Assembly (NCBI GenBank): GCA_964291495.2
Contig: OZ219871.1
Span: 96,001 to 160,000, forward strand
Length of the DNA: 64,000 bases
Source: Dehalococcoidia bacterium
GTDB lineage: Bacteria > Chloroflexota > Dehalococcoidia > UBA2979
Direction: 5' to 3'
The notes under the pieces are model-generated. The model saw only the letters and a list, made by a program, of their open reading frames with translations, was not told where the DNA came from and did not search any database. The translations under genes were made by a program, and so were the position numbers. Each line of letters starts with the position of its first letter. Position 1 is the first letter of the stretch. Positions 46,715 to 56,922 of this stretch are shown piece by piece.

Positions 46715-49700
46715 CTGGACGATCCGTCCCCCGGCTTCGCGGCGCCGCTCCAGGCGCTGCTCGACCCGCTCGGCGCGGTTCCGCCGCTTGCCGAGGCCTC
46801 AACGCGCCTCGGGAGGGGCGAGCGGCTGGCGCTCGGGGTGGCGGACGGCGCGAAGGCGGCGGTCGTGGCTGCGCTGCGGCACGGCCTGCGCCGACCGGCG
46901 CTGCTGCTGGTCCCGCGCGAGCGAGACGCCGAGGCCTACGCCGAAGCGCTCGCAGTCTGGGCCGGAGACGTGGCGTTGCACTTCCCCGCGCGGCCCGGGC
47001 TGCCCTACGCACGCGAACCTGCCCCGGCGGCGGTCACGCAGCGCCGTCTCGCGCTCCTCGCGAGGCTCGCGCTCGGCGACCGCGATCCAAACCCACCGCT
47101 CGTCATCGCCTCCGTGGCCGCGGCGACCGCCTTCACCGCACGCCGCGCCGACCTCGGAGCCGGGCCGGGGCGCGTCGTGGTTGGCGGGCGGATCGCCCTC
47201 GATGCCCTCGCGCTCGAGCTCGTCGAGGCGGGCTACACGCTCGGACCGCTTGTCGAGGCGCCGGGCGAGGCGGCGCGGCGCGGCGGCATCCTCGACGTCT
47301 TCCCACCGACCGAGGCGCTGCCCCTGCGTATCGAGCTGTTCGGCGACGCGGTCGAGTCGATCCGCCGCTTCGACCCGGAGACGCAGCGGACAGTCGAACG
47401 CCTCGAGGCGGCCGTGATCGGCCCGGCGCGCGAGTGGTTCCCGGACCGCCACGCGCTGCTCGAACTGGCGAGCCGCCTCGACGGCGCAACGCCGGCCGGC
47501 GGCGAGCTTGCCGAGGAGCTCGCGGCGCTGGGGCGCGGCGAGCTGACGGCGCCCGCGCGCTACGGGCCGCTCACCGGCGGAGCGACGCTGTTCGACCACC
47601 TCGGCGACGGCGCGCTGCTGATCGTCGACGAGGAGGACGCGGTGCTCGCCGCGGCGGCCGAGCAGGACGAGCTGACGGCGGAGCGCGCGCAGCTGCTCGC
47701 GCGCGAGGGCGAGCTGCCCGCGGAGACGCCGCGCCCGCACCTCGGCGAGCAGGCGCTGATCGAGCAGCTCGAGCGGCGGGCGCCGCGCGCGACGTTCTCG
47801 CGCTGGGCGACCGGGGCCGAGGCCGGCGCGATGCGTCTGCCGTTCGCGGCGCACGACGCCTACGCCGGGCGGTTGCAGGTCGCCGCACGCGAGCTGGAGC
47901 GACGGGTGCAGCGCGGTGATCGCATCGTCGTCGTCACCCAGCAGGCGCAGCGCTTCCGCGAACTGCTCGGCGAGGCGGGCGTGCCCGTCAGCGTCGAGAG
48001 CGGCCTCGAGGCGCCGCCAGCACCCGGCTCGCTCGCCCTCGTGCAGGGCTCGCTGCCGGGCGGCTGGCGCATCGCGACGCCCGAGGGCGAGCTGGCGCTG
48101 GCGACGGACCGCGAGCTGCTGGGCTTCATCCGCAAGCGGCGCGCGCTGCGCCGCGGCGCCTCGCACCGGGCACGCTTCCTCGCCGATGTCTCGCCGGGCG
48201 ACTTCGTCGTGCACGCCGACCACGGGATCGCGCGCTTCGCCGGCATCGTGCGCCGCGACGTGGGCGAGGAGCAGCGCGACTACCTGCAGCTGCGCTACGC
48301 GGGCGAGGACCGGCTCTACGTCCCGATCGAGCAGATCGATCGCGTTAGCCGCTACCTCGCGGACTCGGACCGGGCGCCGAGGCTCACCCGCCTCGGCACG
48401 CAGGAGTGGGCGCGGACGCGCGCCCGCGTGCGCGAGGCGGTCGGCGAGCTGGCGGCGGATCTGCTGCGCCTCTACGCCGCGCGCCAGCTGCTGCGCGGTC
48501 ACGCCTTCGCGGCCGACGGCGAGTGGCAGCACGAGCTGGAGTCCGCGTTCCCGTACGAGGAGACGCCGGACCAGGCGCGCGTGATTGCCGAGGTGAAGCG
48601 CGATATGGAGGCGCGCCAGCCGATGGACCGCATCGTGCTCGGCGATGTCGGCTTCGGGAAGACCGAGGTCGCCGTGCGCGCCGCCTTCAAGGCCGTCCAG
48701 GACGGCTACCAGGTCGCCATCCTCGTACCAACGACGGTGCTCGCCCAGCAGCACGAGCGCACTTTCCGTGAGCGCCTCGCGCCCTTCCCCGTCCGCATCG
48801 AGACGCTCTCGCGCTTCCGCACCGACGCCGAGGCGCGGGAGGTGCTCGCGGGCCTGCGCGAGGGCGCGATCGACATCGTGATCGGCACGCACCGGCTGCT
48901 CCAGCCGGGCGTCGAGTTCGCAAACCTCGGCCTCGTCGTAATCGACGAGGAGCAGCGCTTCGGCGTCGCGCACAAGGAGCGGCTGAAGCGGATGCGCCTC
49001 GAGGTGGACGTGCTCACGCTCTCGGCGACGCCGATTCCGCGCACGCTGCACATGACGCTGGCCGGCATTCGCGACATGTCGACGATGGAGTCGGCCCCGG
49101 AGGACCGCCTGCCCGTACAGACCTGGGTGGCCGAGTGGGACGGCGCGCTGGTGCGCGAGGCGATCCTCGGCGAGCTCGAACGCGGCGGACAGACCTACGT
49201 GGTCCACAACCGCGTGCACAGCATCGACCGGTTCGCCGAGCGGCTGCGCGCGCTCGTGCCGGAGGCGCGCATCGTGGTCGGGCACGGGCAGATGCACCGC
49301 GGGGTGCTGCGCAGCGTGATGGAGCGCTTCGCCGGCGGCGAAGCGGACGTGCTGGTCTGCACCACGATCATCGAGTCCGGCATCGACATCCCGAACGTGA
49401 ACACGCTGATTGTCGACCTCGCGGAACGCCTCGGGCTGGCGCAGCTCTACCAGCTGCGAGGGCGCGTCGGCCGCGGATCGCAGCAGGCGCGCGCCTACCT
49501 GCTGCATCGCCGTGGCGGCGTGCTCAACGAGGCTGCGCAGCAGCGCCTCGCCACCATCTTCGAGGCGACCGAGCTGGGCGCGGGCCTGCAGGTGGCGCTG
49601 CGCGACCTCGAGATCCGCGGCGCCGGCAACCTGCTGGGGGCGGAGCAGAGCGGCCAGATCGCCGCCGTCGGGTTCGACCTCTACACGCAGATGCTCGCGA

Positions 49701-50221
49701 GCGCCGTCGAGGGCCTGCGCGCGCGCCGCGACGGCGGCGAGGCGCCCGCGCCGCCGCCCGCCGTGGCGCTCGACCTGCCCGCCTCCGCCTTCATCCCCGA
49801 GCGCTACATCGAGGACCTCGAGGCGCGAATCGCGCTCTACCAGCGCATCGCCGGGCTGCGCGACCTGCGCGAGGAGACGGACCTGCGTTCCGAGGTGGTC
49901 GATCGCTTCGGCGAGATCCCGGAGCCGCTGAGCGAGCTGCTCGCCCTTGTGCGCATCCGCCTCGCCGCGGGCGAGGCGGGCGTCGCCGCGGTGCGTGCCG
50001 AGGGCGGCGAGATCGTCCTCGTCGCCCGCGAGGGCGCCCCGTTCGGCCGCCGCCGGCTCCCGCCGCTGCCGACCGGCGTGCGCATCGGGCAGATGCAGCT
50101 GCGGCTGCCTCGCGCAGCCCTCGGAGCGGACTGGCTCGACGCGATCGAGGCGCTGCTGCGCCTAATAGGTGAGCCGGACATGGCGACGCTCCATGCGCCT
50201 GTCGGGGCGGTGCGCGCATGA
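46715..50221 (+). CDS. mfd: Transcription-repair coupling factor Mfd (probable CTG start)
   Basis: RGGILDVFP, CarD-like domain, GDVGFGKTEV, DEEQRFG, QLRGRVGR, DLEIRGAG and TRCF domain; in-frame CTG after AAGGAGG. Confidence 0.95.
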   Translation: MDDPSPGFAAPLQALLDPLGAVPPLAEASTRLGRGERLALGVADGAKAAVVAALRHGLRRPALLLVPRERDAEAYAEALAVWAGDVALHFPARPGLPYAREPAPAAVTQRRLALLARLALGDRDPNPPLVIASVAAATAFTARRADLGAGPGRVVVGGRIALDALALELVEAGYTLGPLVEAPGEAARRGGILDVFPPTEALPLRIELFGDAVESIRRFDPETQRTVERLEAAVIGPAREWFPDRHALLELASRLDGATPAGGELAEELAALGRGELTAPARYGPLTGGATLFDHLGDGALLIVDEEDAVLAAAAEQDELTAERAQLLAREGELPAETPRPHLGEQALIEQLERRAPRATFSRWATGAEAGAMRLPFAAHDAYAGRLQVAARELERRVQRGDRIVVVTQQAQRFRELLGEAGVPVSVESGLEAPPAPGSLALVQGSLPGGWRIATPEGELALATDRELLGFIRKRRALRRGASHRARFLADVSPGDFVVHADHGIARFAGIVRRDVGEEQRDYLQLRYAGEDRLYVPIEQIDRVSRYLADSDRAPRLTRLGTQEWARTRARVREAVGELAADLLRLYAARQLLRGHAFAADGEWQHELESAFPYEETPDQARVIAEVKRDMEARQPMDRIVLGDVGFGKTEVAVRAAFKAVQDGYQVAILVPTTVLAQQHERTFRERLAPFPVRIETLSRFRTDAEAREVLAGLREGAIDIVIGTHRLLQPGVEFANLGLVVIDEEQRFGVAHKERLKRMRLEVDVLTLSATPIPRTLHMTLAGIRDMSTMESAPEDRLPVQTWVAEWDGALVREAILGELERGGQTYVVHNRVHSIDRFAERLRALVPEARIVVGHGQMHRGVLRSVMERFAGGEADVLVCTTIIESGIDIPNVNTLIVDLAERLGLAQLYQLRGRVGRGSQQARAYLLHRRGGVLNEAAQQRLATIFEATELGAGLQVALRDLEIRGAGNLLGAEQSGQIAAVGFDLYTQMLASAVEGLRARRDGGEAPAPPPAVALDLPASAFIPERYIEDLEARIALYQRIAGLRDLREETDLRSEVVDRFGEIPEPLSELLALVRIRLAAGEAGVAAVRAEGGEIVLVAREGAPFGRRRLPPLPTGVRIGQMQLRLPRAALGADWLDAIEALLRLIGEPDMATLHAPVGAVRA

Positions 50222-50691
50222 CGGCCGGCCGGCGGGCGGTCGAGCTGCGCGCGGTCGCGCCGGGCGAGCGTGAGGCGTTCTTCGCGATGCTCGCGGACTA
50301 CCTCGCCGAACTCGACGCCTACGAGCTGTCGTGGGATCCCGCGCCACCCGTCGAGGCGTACCGGGACGCGCTCGACGCCGACCCGGACGGCCAGCAGGTC
50401 GAGTGGATGATCGCCGGGGGTCAGCGCGTGGGCTTCCTGATCACGCGCGTCGTCCCCGACTGGCCCGATGAGCAGCGCGAGATCGGCGAGGTGATCGAGT
50501 GCTACGTCGAGCCCGCGCAGCGCCTCGACGGCGTGGGACGCGCCGCCGTCGAGGTCTGGCTGGCGAGGATGCGCGCGCAGGGCGTCTCCGCGGTGGAGGC
50601 CTCGGTACTGTGGGCGAACACGCCGGCGCGGCGGTTCTGGGAGCGGCTCGGGTTCGAGAGGCGTTCGGTGCAGACGCTGCGCAGGCCATAG
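50218..50691 (+). CDS. GNAT family N-acetyltransferase
   Basis: YVEPAQRLDGVGR and NTPARRFWERLGF motifs. Confidence 0.85.
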   Translation: MTAGRRAVELRAVAPGEREAFFAMLADYLAELDAYELSWDPAPPVEAYRDALDADPDGQQVEWMIAGGQRVGFLITRVVPDWPDEQREIGEVIECYVEPAQRLDGVGRAAVEVWLARMRAQGVSAVEASVLWANTPARRFWERLGFERRSVQTLRRP

Positions 50692-50718
50692 GCCCCGCGG
50701 CTCAGGAAGGAGCGGACC

Positions 50719-51627
50719 GTGATCTGGGACGTGCATTGCCATTTCCCTCGCGACTGGCGGAACCCCGAGGGCGAGGACCACGCGCAGCAGATCGACGCGC
50801 GCGCGGACGCCCTGCGCGCCGCCGGCGTCACGCACGCCTCGGTGCTCTGCGGGGGCCGCAACATCCCGGGGCCCTCGCACGACGAGGCGCTGCAGTACCT
50901 GGCGCGGCACGAGGACCTGATGGTCCCCGTTGCCTCGCTGCCGATGGAGGAGACGCCGGCCGGCGAGGTCGAGCGGCTCCACGACCTCGGCTACCGCGGC
51001 CTCAAGATCATCGGCTCGCCCCTGCCGATCGACGACCCGACCTACTTCCACGTCTACGCCGCCGCCGAGGAGCGGCGGATGCCGATCCTCTTCCACCTCG
51101 GCGTGATCGGCGGTGGCGTGGACTACGCGCGCACGCACCCGCGCCGCGACCCGGAGGCCGCCGCGGCGTTGCGCCGCTGGCAGGAGTTCCGCCGGCGCGG
51201 CGGACCGCGCAACGTCTCCGCGGCCCGGATGCGCCCCTTCCAGCTCGACACGATCGCGAACAACTTCCCGGACCTGCCGCTGATCGGCGCGCACCTCGGC
51301 GGCACGGGCAACTACGAGGAGGCCTCGTCGGTGGCGCGCTGGCGGCACAACGTGGTCTTCGACCTCTCCGGCGGCGAGACGATCGAGCGCCACGCGATGG
51401 AGCGCCGCCTGATCGGCCGCGAGATCGGCGTCGAGAAGCTGGTCTGGGGCTCGGACTGCGGCAACGAGGAGATCGGCCAGCACGTCGAGCGCTTCCGCTG
51501 GATGTTCGAGGCGCTTGGACTGAACGACGAGGAGCGCGAGCGCATTTGGTACCGTAACGCCGCGGAGTTGTTCGGGGAGGCGGAGCCGGTACTTGCCGAC
51601 GAGCAGCCAACCAACCGACCAGACTGA
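50719..51627 (+). CDS. Amidohydrolase_2 family protein
   Basis: DVHCH, GLK, ILFHLG, AHLG, WGSD and NAAELF motifs. Confidence 0.9.
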   Translation: MIWDVHCHFPRDWRNPEGEDHAQQIDARADALRAAGVTHASVLCGGRNIPGPSHDEALQYLARHEDLMVPVASLPMEETPAGEVERLHDLGYRGLKIIGSPLPIDDPTYFHVYAAAEERRMPILFHLGVIGGGVDYARTHPRRDPEAAAALRRWQEFRRRGGPRNVSAARMRPFQLDTIANNFPDLPLIGAHLGGTGNYEEASSVARWRHNVVFDLSGGETIERHAMERRLIGREIGVEKLVWGSDCGNEEIGQHVERFRWMFEALGLNDEERERIWYRNAAELFGEAEPVLADEQPTNRPD

Positions 51628-52996
51628 GGAACCGGACGGCGCGGCGGCCGAGGAGCCGGACGACGCCGTGACCGACCCCGAGCCGCCGAGCGACCTCGGG
51701 GGGCTCTGGGGTCAGGCGGGCGAGCAACTGAGCGACCTCGCCGTCCGGGCGCGCACGCGGCTGCGCGAGTTCGCCGCCGGGGCGCGCCCCCACCTGAGGG
51801 CGCTGCGGGACCGCGCCGCCCCGGCACTCGGGCAGGTGCGCGACCTCGCGGTGCGCGGGAACGCGCGGCTCCGCGAGTTCGCCGTCTGGGCGCGGCCCCG
51901 ACTGCAGGCGCTCCGCGACGGCGCCGACCCGGCACTCCGGCGAGTGCGCGAATTCAGGGCCTGGGCCCTCGTGTGGCTGCGCTACATCGCCGCGCAGGCG
52001 CTGCAGGCAGCACGCAGGATCGCCGACTGGGCGATCCCGTGGCTGCGCGTGCTCCGCGGCCTCGCTGCTCGGGGGCTCCGGCGGCTACGCGAGCTCAGCG
52101 CCTGGGCGCTCGTGTGTCTGCTCTACGTCACGATCCTGGGGCTGCGAACGTTACGCGGGCTCGCGATTCGGGTGATCGGGCGGCTGCGGGCGCTGGGCAG
52201 CCTCGTGGCTCGGGCGCTGCTGTGGCTGCGCGGATCGGTACCCGCCGCGGCCGTCGTGCTGGCGGCGATCGTCACGATGTCGTTCCTGATGTTCGTGCTC
52301 ACCGAGCCGTCGCAGCGCTGGTTGCTGCTCCTCGGCGTCCTCGCCGCAGCCCTCGGCACGCACGGCGTGCTGCGCAGCGAGCATCCCCGGACGTTCCAGC
52401 TGGGCGTGGACACGACCCCGCAGCTCCTGCTGCCCGCGCTCTACGCACTGGCGATCCCGCTCTTCATCGAGGAGAACGCGCGCGGGCTCTGGGCGCCGTT
52501 CTGCGCGATCGCCGCCGGACTCGGCTTCGCCGCGATCGTGGTCGCCGAGGTCCGCAGCGTCCGCGAGTTCGAGCGCGGGGCCGCCGAGGCTCGGCTCATC
52601 ACCGACGGAGGCGTCTACCTGACCGCCTTCGCACTGCTCTCGCTGCTCTACACGCGCGACCCCGCGCTTCCCGCCGCTGTCGCGACGGCGGCGCTCGTGG
52701 GCGGTCTGCTCTCGTTCGAGGTGCTGCGCAACTCCAGCCTCGGCCTGCTCGACATGCTGACCTTCGCGCTGGTCGGAGCGTTGGTCATCGGCGAGCTGCG
52801 CTGGGCGCTGCACTTCGTGCCGCTGGACGGCCACCTGGCGGCAGTCGCGTTGCTGCTCGCCTTCTTCTTCGTCAGCGGCGTGCTTGCCGCGCGGCTGCGC
52901 GGCCAGCTCACCCGCGAGGTGTTGATCCAGTACAGCGCGGTGGCGGCAGTCGGCGCCGTGGTCATCACCGCGGCCCGGGCGGCCGACCTCGCCTGA
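51593..52996 (+). CDS. Polytopic membrane protein (DUF5656-like) with N-terminal amphipathic repeats
   Basis: About 8 C-terminal hydrophobic segments; 36-aa tandem repeat at 51731-51946; start uncertain. Confidence 0.65.
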   Translation: MPTSSQPTDQTEEPDGAAAEEPDDAVTDPEPPSDLGGLWGQAGEQLSDLAVRARTRLREFAAGARPHLRALRDRAAPALGQVRDLAVRGNARLREFAVWARPRLQALRDGADPALRRVREFRAWALVWLRYIAAQALQAARRIADWAIPWLRVLRGLAARGLRRLRELSAWALVCLLYVTILGLRTLRGLAIRVIGRLRALGSLVARALLWLRGSVPAAAVVLAAIVTMSFLMFVLTEPSQRWLLLLGVLAAALGTHGVLRSEHPRTFQLGVDTTPQLLLPALYALAIPLFIEENARGLWAPFCAIAAGLGFAAIVVAEVRSVREFERGAAEARLITDGGVYLTAFALLSLLYTRDPALPAAVATAALVGGLLSFEVLRNSSLGLLDMLTFALVGALVIGELRWALHFVPLDGHLAAVALLLAFFFVSGVLAARLRGQLTREVLIQYSAVAAVGAVVITAARAADLA

Positions 52997-53070
52997 CGTG
53001 TCCGCGCCGAGGCGTCCCGCGCCGTCTGGCCCCAGCAGGACGCCCTGTTAGAATCGAAACCGGCCTTCGT

Positions 53071-53147
53071 CGGGGAGTGGCGCAGCCTGGCAGCGCACTT
53101 GACTGGGGGTCAAGAGGTCGCCGGTTCAAATCCGGCCTCCCCGACCA
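53071..53147 (+). tRNA. tRNA-Pro(GGG)
   Basis: CGGGGAG/CTCCCCG acceptor stem, anticodon arm CTTGA-CTGGGGG-TCAAG, GGTTCAAATCC T-loop, encoded CCA; TGnTAGAAT extended -10 upstream. Confidence 0.97.
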
Positions 53148-53206
53148 GCCTCCACCGCCCTCGCCATCTCAGCGGGTCGGCCGCGCCGGTCGCGCTGCCA
53201 GCCCGG

Positions 53207-53614
53207 CTACAGCCGCGCCGTGCAGCGGATCTCGACCATGAAGTCCGGATGCGCCAGCGCCACGACCTGCACGAGCGTGCTCGCCACCGCGATCGGCTCG
53301 CCCTCGGGCACGCCGTAGGCCTCGTGCCGCACCTCGCCCGCGACCCGCGAGGCGGCGGCGACGTCGGTGACGTACACCACTTCCTCGACGACGTTGCCGA
53401 GGTCGGCATCGAACGGGGCGAGCGCGCGGGCGATGTTGGCGTAGACGGCGCGCAGCTGAGCCGCCATGTCGCCGGCGCCGACCAGCGCGCCGTCCTCGTC
53501 GCGCGCGATCTGCCCGGAAACGTACACGGTGTCGCCGACGCGCACCGCCTGCGCGTAGCCGTAGCGCCCCTCCGCCTCGCCGCCGAAGTAGGCGACTTGC
53601 CGTTCGCTTGTCAT
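53207..53614 (-). CDS. RidA/YjgF family protein
   Basis: GYAQAVRVGDTVYVSGQ and ASTLVQVVAL...VEI motifs. Confidence 0.9.
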   Translation of the reverse strand: MTSERQVAYFGGEAEGRYGYAQAVRVGDTVYVSGQIARDEDGALVGAGDMAAQLRAVYANIARALAPFDADLGNVVEEVVYVTDVAAASRVAGEVRHEAYGVPEGEPIAVASTLVQVVALAHPDFMVEIRCTARL

Positions 53615-54582
53615 GCGCCCTCGGCCGCCGAGGTCCAGGCGCGGATCAGCTGGTGCGAGATCGTGAACGGCGCGGGGACGCCGAAGTCGAGGCCGCTCTC
53701 GCCCTCGATCTCGCCCGCGGCGAAGGCGAGCGCGCGCGCCACGTCGGCGCGGTCGAACCAGCGGGCGTCCTTGATCTCCTCCGGGTCGATCGCGATCGAC
53801 TCGCTGGCTGCCTCGGCATGGCAGCCGAGCATCAGCGAGGCGGGGAACGGCCAGGGCTGCGAGGAGTGGTAGCGCACTGCGGCGACCTCCACGCCGGCCT
53901 CCTCGCGCACCTCGCGGCGCACGGCCTCCTCGACCGTCTCGCCGGGCTCCATGAACCCGGCGATGCAGGTGTAGTTCGAGCCCGGTCGGGCGCGGCCGCT
54001 GACGAGCAGGCAGCGATCGCCGTCGATGATCAGCACGATCACCACCGGGTCGACGCGCGGGAAGTGCTCCGCGCCGCAGCCCTCGCAGACGCGCATCAGG
54101 CCGCCGTTCCGCGAGGAGGTCGCGCCCCCGCAGACGGCGCAGAAGGGATGGCGCGCGTGCCAGTCGACCAGCGATCGCGCCTGCGCGAGGATCGCCGTGT
54201 CGTCCGTGGGCAGATCCGGCGCGACGCCGCGCACCTCGGCGAAGCGCCGCCCGTCCGCGAGCGGCCCGGCCAGCGCCGCCTCGTCGACGGCCGTGAGGTC
54301 GATCGCGAAGCGCGGCTCGCCGCTGTCGAGGCCGAGCAGGACCGCCTCGCCATCAAGCGAGCCAGCGGGCAGCTCGTCCGGCGCGAGCCAGGCGACGGTT
54401 GGCGCCGGGTCGCCCTCGACCAGCGCCTCGAGGTCGCGCAGCGCGAGGTAGCGGCGCGACGGATGCGCGTGCTGGCCCTCGATCCATGCGCGGTCGCGGC
54501 GCTCGTTCCCCGCCCGGTCGAGCGGGCTGCCCGTGAAGACGTGCCCGTGGTCGTGGGCCGAGCCGTAGCCTCCGCCGGGCAT
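53611..54582 (-). CDS. nudC: NADH pyrophosphatase NudC
   Basis: CAVC...CEGC Zn finger, FPRVDP, Nudix box AGFMEPGETVEEAVRREVREEAG and SQPWPFPASLM. Confidence 0.95.
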   Translation of the reverse strand: MPGGGYGSAHDHGHVFTGSPLDRAGNERRDRAWIEGQHAHPSRRYLALRDLEALVEGDPAPTVAWLAPDELPAGSLDGEAVLLGLDSGEPRFAIDLTAVDEAALAGPLADGRRFAEVRGVAPDLPTDDTAILAQARSLVDWHARHPFCAVCGGATSSRNGGLMRVCEGCGAEHFPRVDPVVIVLIIDGDRCLLVSGRARPGSNYTCIAGFMEPGETVEEAVRREVREEAGVEVAAVRYHSSQPWPFPASLMLGCHAEAASESIAIDPEEIKDARWFDRADVARALAFAAGEIEGESGLDFGVPAPFTISHQLIRAWTSAAEGA

Positions 54583-54700
54583 TGCGCCTCCCCAGTGCGG
54601 CGTCGCGCGCCGCCCGTGAGTCTGCGCCCTCGCGCGCGCCGCGTCGAGGGCGCAACGCGCGCGGTGCGGCTACCATCGCGCGGCGCGAGCGGAGGCGGAA

Positions 54701-55105
54701 ATGGTGCTGCAACTGGCGAAGGCGGGGATGGATGTCGCGATCGTGGTGACGGACGCGGAGCGGATGGTCGCCTTCTACCGCGACACGCTGGGGCTGACGT
54801 TCCAGCGATCGCGCCAGACCGGGCCCGGCGGGACGATGCACCTCCTCGAATGCGGCGACTCGCTGCTCAAGCTGCTCGACCCGCCCGAGCCGCCGCCGCA
54901 CCGCCACGCCCGAGGCGGCACGCGCGCGCAGACCGGCCTGCGCTACCTCACCATCCACGTCCACAACATCGACGAGCTGGTCGCGCGCTGCGAGGCGGCC
55001 GGCTGCCACTTCCCCGTGCCGCTGCGCGACTCGACCGGCGAGGGCCGCTACTGCCAGCTCGAGGATCCCGAGGGCAACGTCGTCCAGCTCCAGCAGTTGG
55101 ATTGA
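54701..55105 (+). CDS. VOC/glyoxalase family protein
   Basis: AIVVTDAERMVAFYRDTLGL and EDPEGNVV motifs. Confidence 0.85.
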   Translation: MVLQLAKAGMDVAIVVTDAERMVAFYRDTLGLTFQRSRQTGPGGTMHLLECGDSLLKLLDPPEPPPHRHARGGTRAQTGLRYLTIHVHNIDELVARCEAAGCHFPVPLRDSTGEGRYCQLEDPEGNVVQLQQLD

Positions 55106-55164
55106 CGGCGTACTCCCGCGCTACACGTTATGATCAGTGATCACGGCTCGGACGTTGGGAGTAT

Positions 55165-55845
55165 GTGATGGCGGAACCGGGACTCGCGGATCTCGTAGCC
55201 AACCGCACGATGTCGCCGGAGATGGCGGCGACGCTGGCGGCGGCCGCGCGCGAGCGGCGCTCGCTGCTCTTCTTCGCGATCCCGCGGCTCGCCGGCAAGA
55301 CCACAACGATGCTCGCGACGCTCGACCATGCGCCCGAGGGCACGCCGATCCACGAACTCTCGACCGACACGGAGCCTGACCTCGGCATCCCCAACCCGCC
55401 GGACGGCGGCTACCTGGTGATGCACGAGATCGCGCAGACGGACTTCCCGCACTACCTCTGGGGCGAGCCGGTGCGGCGCGTCTTCGAGGCGCTGCGCGGA
55501 GGAGGCCTCTCGCTCGCGACGGTGCTCCACGCCGGTGGGTACGAGGAGGCGTTCTCGATCATCCTCGAAGGGAACGAGGTGCCGGACGCGGACGCGGCCC
55601 TGATCGACTACGCCGTGCACATCCGCAGCCTCGGCCCGGACTGGCGCGAGCCGACACGCCGCGTCGTCGTCGAGCTGCACGAGGTCACGGACATCCGCGA
55701 CGGCGTCGTCGAGGCGACGCTGCTGCACCGCTGGGACGAGGAGCGCGACCGCTTCGAGGTCGTCGGTGAGCCCTCGCTGCTTACGGATGCTGGCGAGGAG
55801 CGCACGCGGCTGGCTGAGGAGTTTCGCCGCCAGCTGGAGGAGTAG
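55165..55845 (+). CDS. Stand-alone, short PilT/VirB11-like P-loop NTPase
   Basis: PRLAGKTT (Walker A variant), YLVMHEI (Walker B-like), ATVLHA (His-box-like) and RRVVVELHEV. Confidence 0.6.
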   Translation: MMAEPGLADLVANRTMSPEMAATLAAAARERRSLLFFAIPRLAGKTTTMLATLDHAPEGTPIHELSTDTEPDLGIPNPPDGGYLVMHEIAQTDFPHYLWGEPVRRVFEALRGGGLSLATVLHAGGYEEAFSIILEGNEVPDADAALIDYAVHIRSLGPDWREPTRRVVVELHEVTDIRDGVVEATLLHRWDEERDRFEVVGEPSLLTDAGEERTRLAEEFRRQLEE

Positions 55846-55929
55846 CGCAGGCCCTCGCGGTTCACATCGCCGCGTGATTCGCGTACCGTGCTGCGGCCAC
55901 TGCTGTACGCGAGCTGAGAGGGTTCCGCC

Positions 55930-56694
55930 ATGTGCTTCAAGTTCGACTCCCTGCCGCCCGTGCCGGCCATCGCCGGCGCGGCCGTCCAACACGAGGATCT
56001 GACGCTCACGGCCTCGGACGGCAATCAGCTCTCCGCGTTCAGCGCGCTGGCGGACGATCCGCTCGGCCCGGCCGTGGTCGTGATGCCGGACGTGCGCGGG
56101 CTCTACCGCTTCTACGAGGAGCTGGCGCTGCGCTTCGCCGAGCGCGGCTTCGACTCGGTCGCGATCGACTACTTCGGCCGCACGGCAGGCCTCGGCAAGC
56201 GGGGCGAGGACTTCGACTTCTGGCCGGAGGTGCAGGCCACGACCGCCGCCGGCATCGCCGCCGACGTGCGCGCCGCCAGCGACCAGCTACGCAGCCGCGA
56301 GGGCCAGGCCGACCGCGCCGTCTTCACGATCGGCTTCTGCTTCGGCGGCTCCTCCTCGTGGCAGCAGGCCGCAGAGGGCCACGGGCTGGCCGGCGTGATC
56401 GGCTTCTACGGCGGCCCGACCCGCAAGTGGTTCGAGGACTCCGCGCCGGTCATCGACCGCGTCGGCGAGTTCGAGTGCCCGGTGCTCGCGCTGCAGGCGG
56501 GTGGCGACGAGAACATCACGAAGGACCACAACGACCGCTTCGAGGCGGCGATGAGCGAGGCCGGTGTCGAGCACCTCGTGCTCTCCTACCACGGCTCCCC
56601 GCACTCCTTCTTCGACCGCACCGCCCACGAGCACCAGACCGCCTCGGCGGACGCCTGGGAGCGCGTGCTCGCCTTCATCGCGAACCACTCGTAG
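55930..56694 (+). CDS. Dienelactone hydrolase family protein
   Basis: PDVRGL, GFCFGG, GGD and PHSFF motifs. Confidence 0.9.
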   Translation: MCFKFDSLPPVPAIAGAAVQHEDLTLTASDGNQLSAFSALADDPLGPAVVVMPDVRGLYRFYEELALRFAERGFDSVAIDYFGRTAGLGKRGEDFDFWPEVQATTAAGIAADVRAASDQLRSREGQADRAVFTIGFCFGGSSSWQQAAEGHGLAGVIGFYGGPTRKWFEDSAPVIDRVGEFECPVLALQAGGDENITKDHNDRFEAAMSEAGVEHLVLSYHGSPHSFFDRTAHEHQTASADAWERVLAFIANHS

Positions 56695-56842
56695 GCGGCG
56701 GCCACGAGGGCAACGAGGGCGGACGGGCGCGTGCTCACGCGCCTCGAAGGCCGCGTCGCCCGTTGTGACCGGGGCCGGGCGCTGCATCGGCTGGGCGCTG
56801 GTAGCGTGGATGCACCACCCCTATCGCTTCGACCGTAGGGTC

Positions 56843-56872
56843 GAGACCGCCCTCGTGGCGGTCTCTGTCTTT
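56843..56872 (+). terminator. Intrinsic-terminator-like hairpin in the eis leader
   Basis: gagaccgcc-ctcgt-ggcggtctc followed by tgtcttt. Confidence 0.55.
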
Positions 56873-56922
56873 GCCCACCGCTCCGTCTGGCCCGTTACCA
56901 CCGCTGCGCCGATAGTCGATCG

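Noticed and set aside
46689-47417. Frameshifted mfd N-terminus
   Set aside because: The mfd frame itself is open back to an SD-preceded CTG, so no frameshift is needed
53071-53210. tRNA-Pro as an integration site
   Set aside because: No integrase and no duplicated tRNA 3' end seen; ordinary genes on both sides
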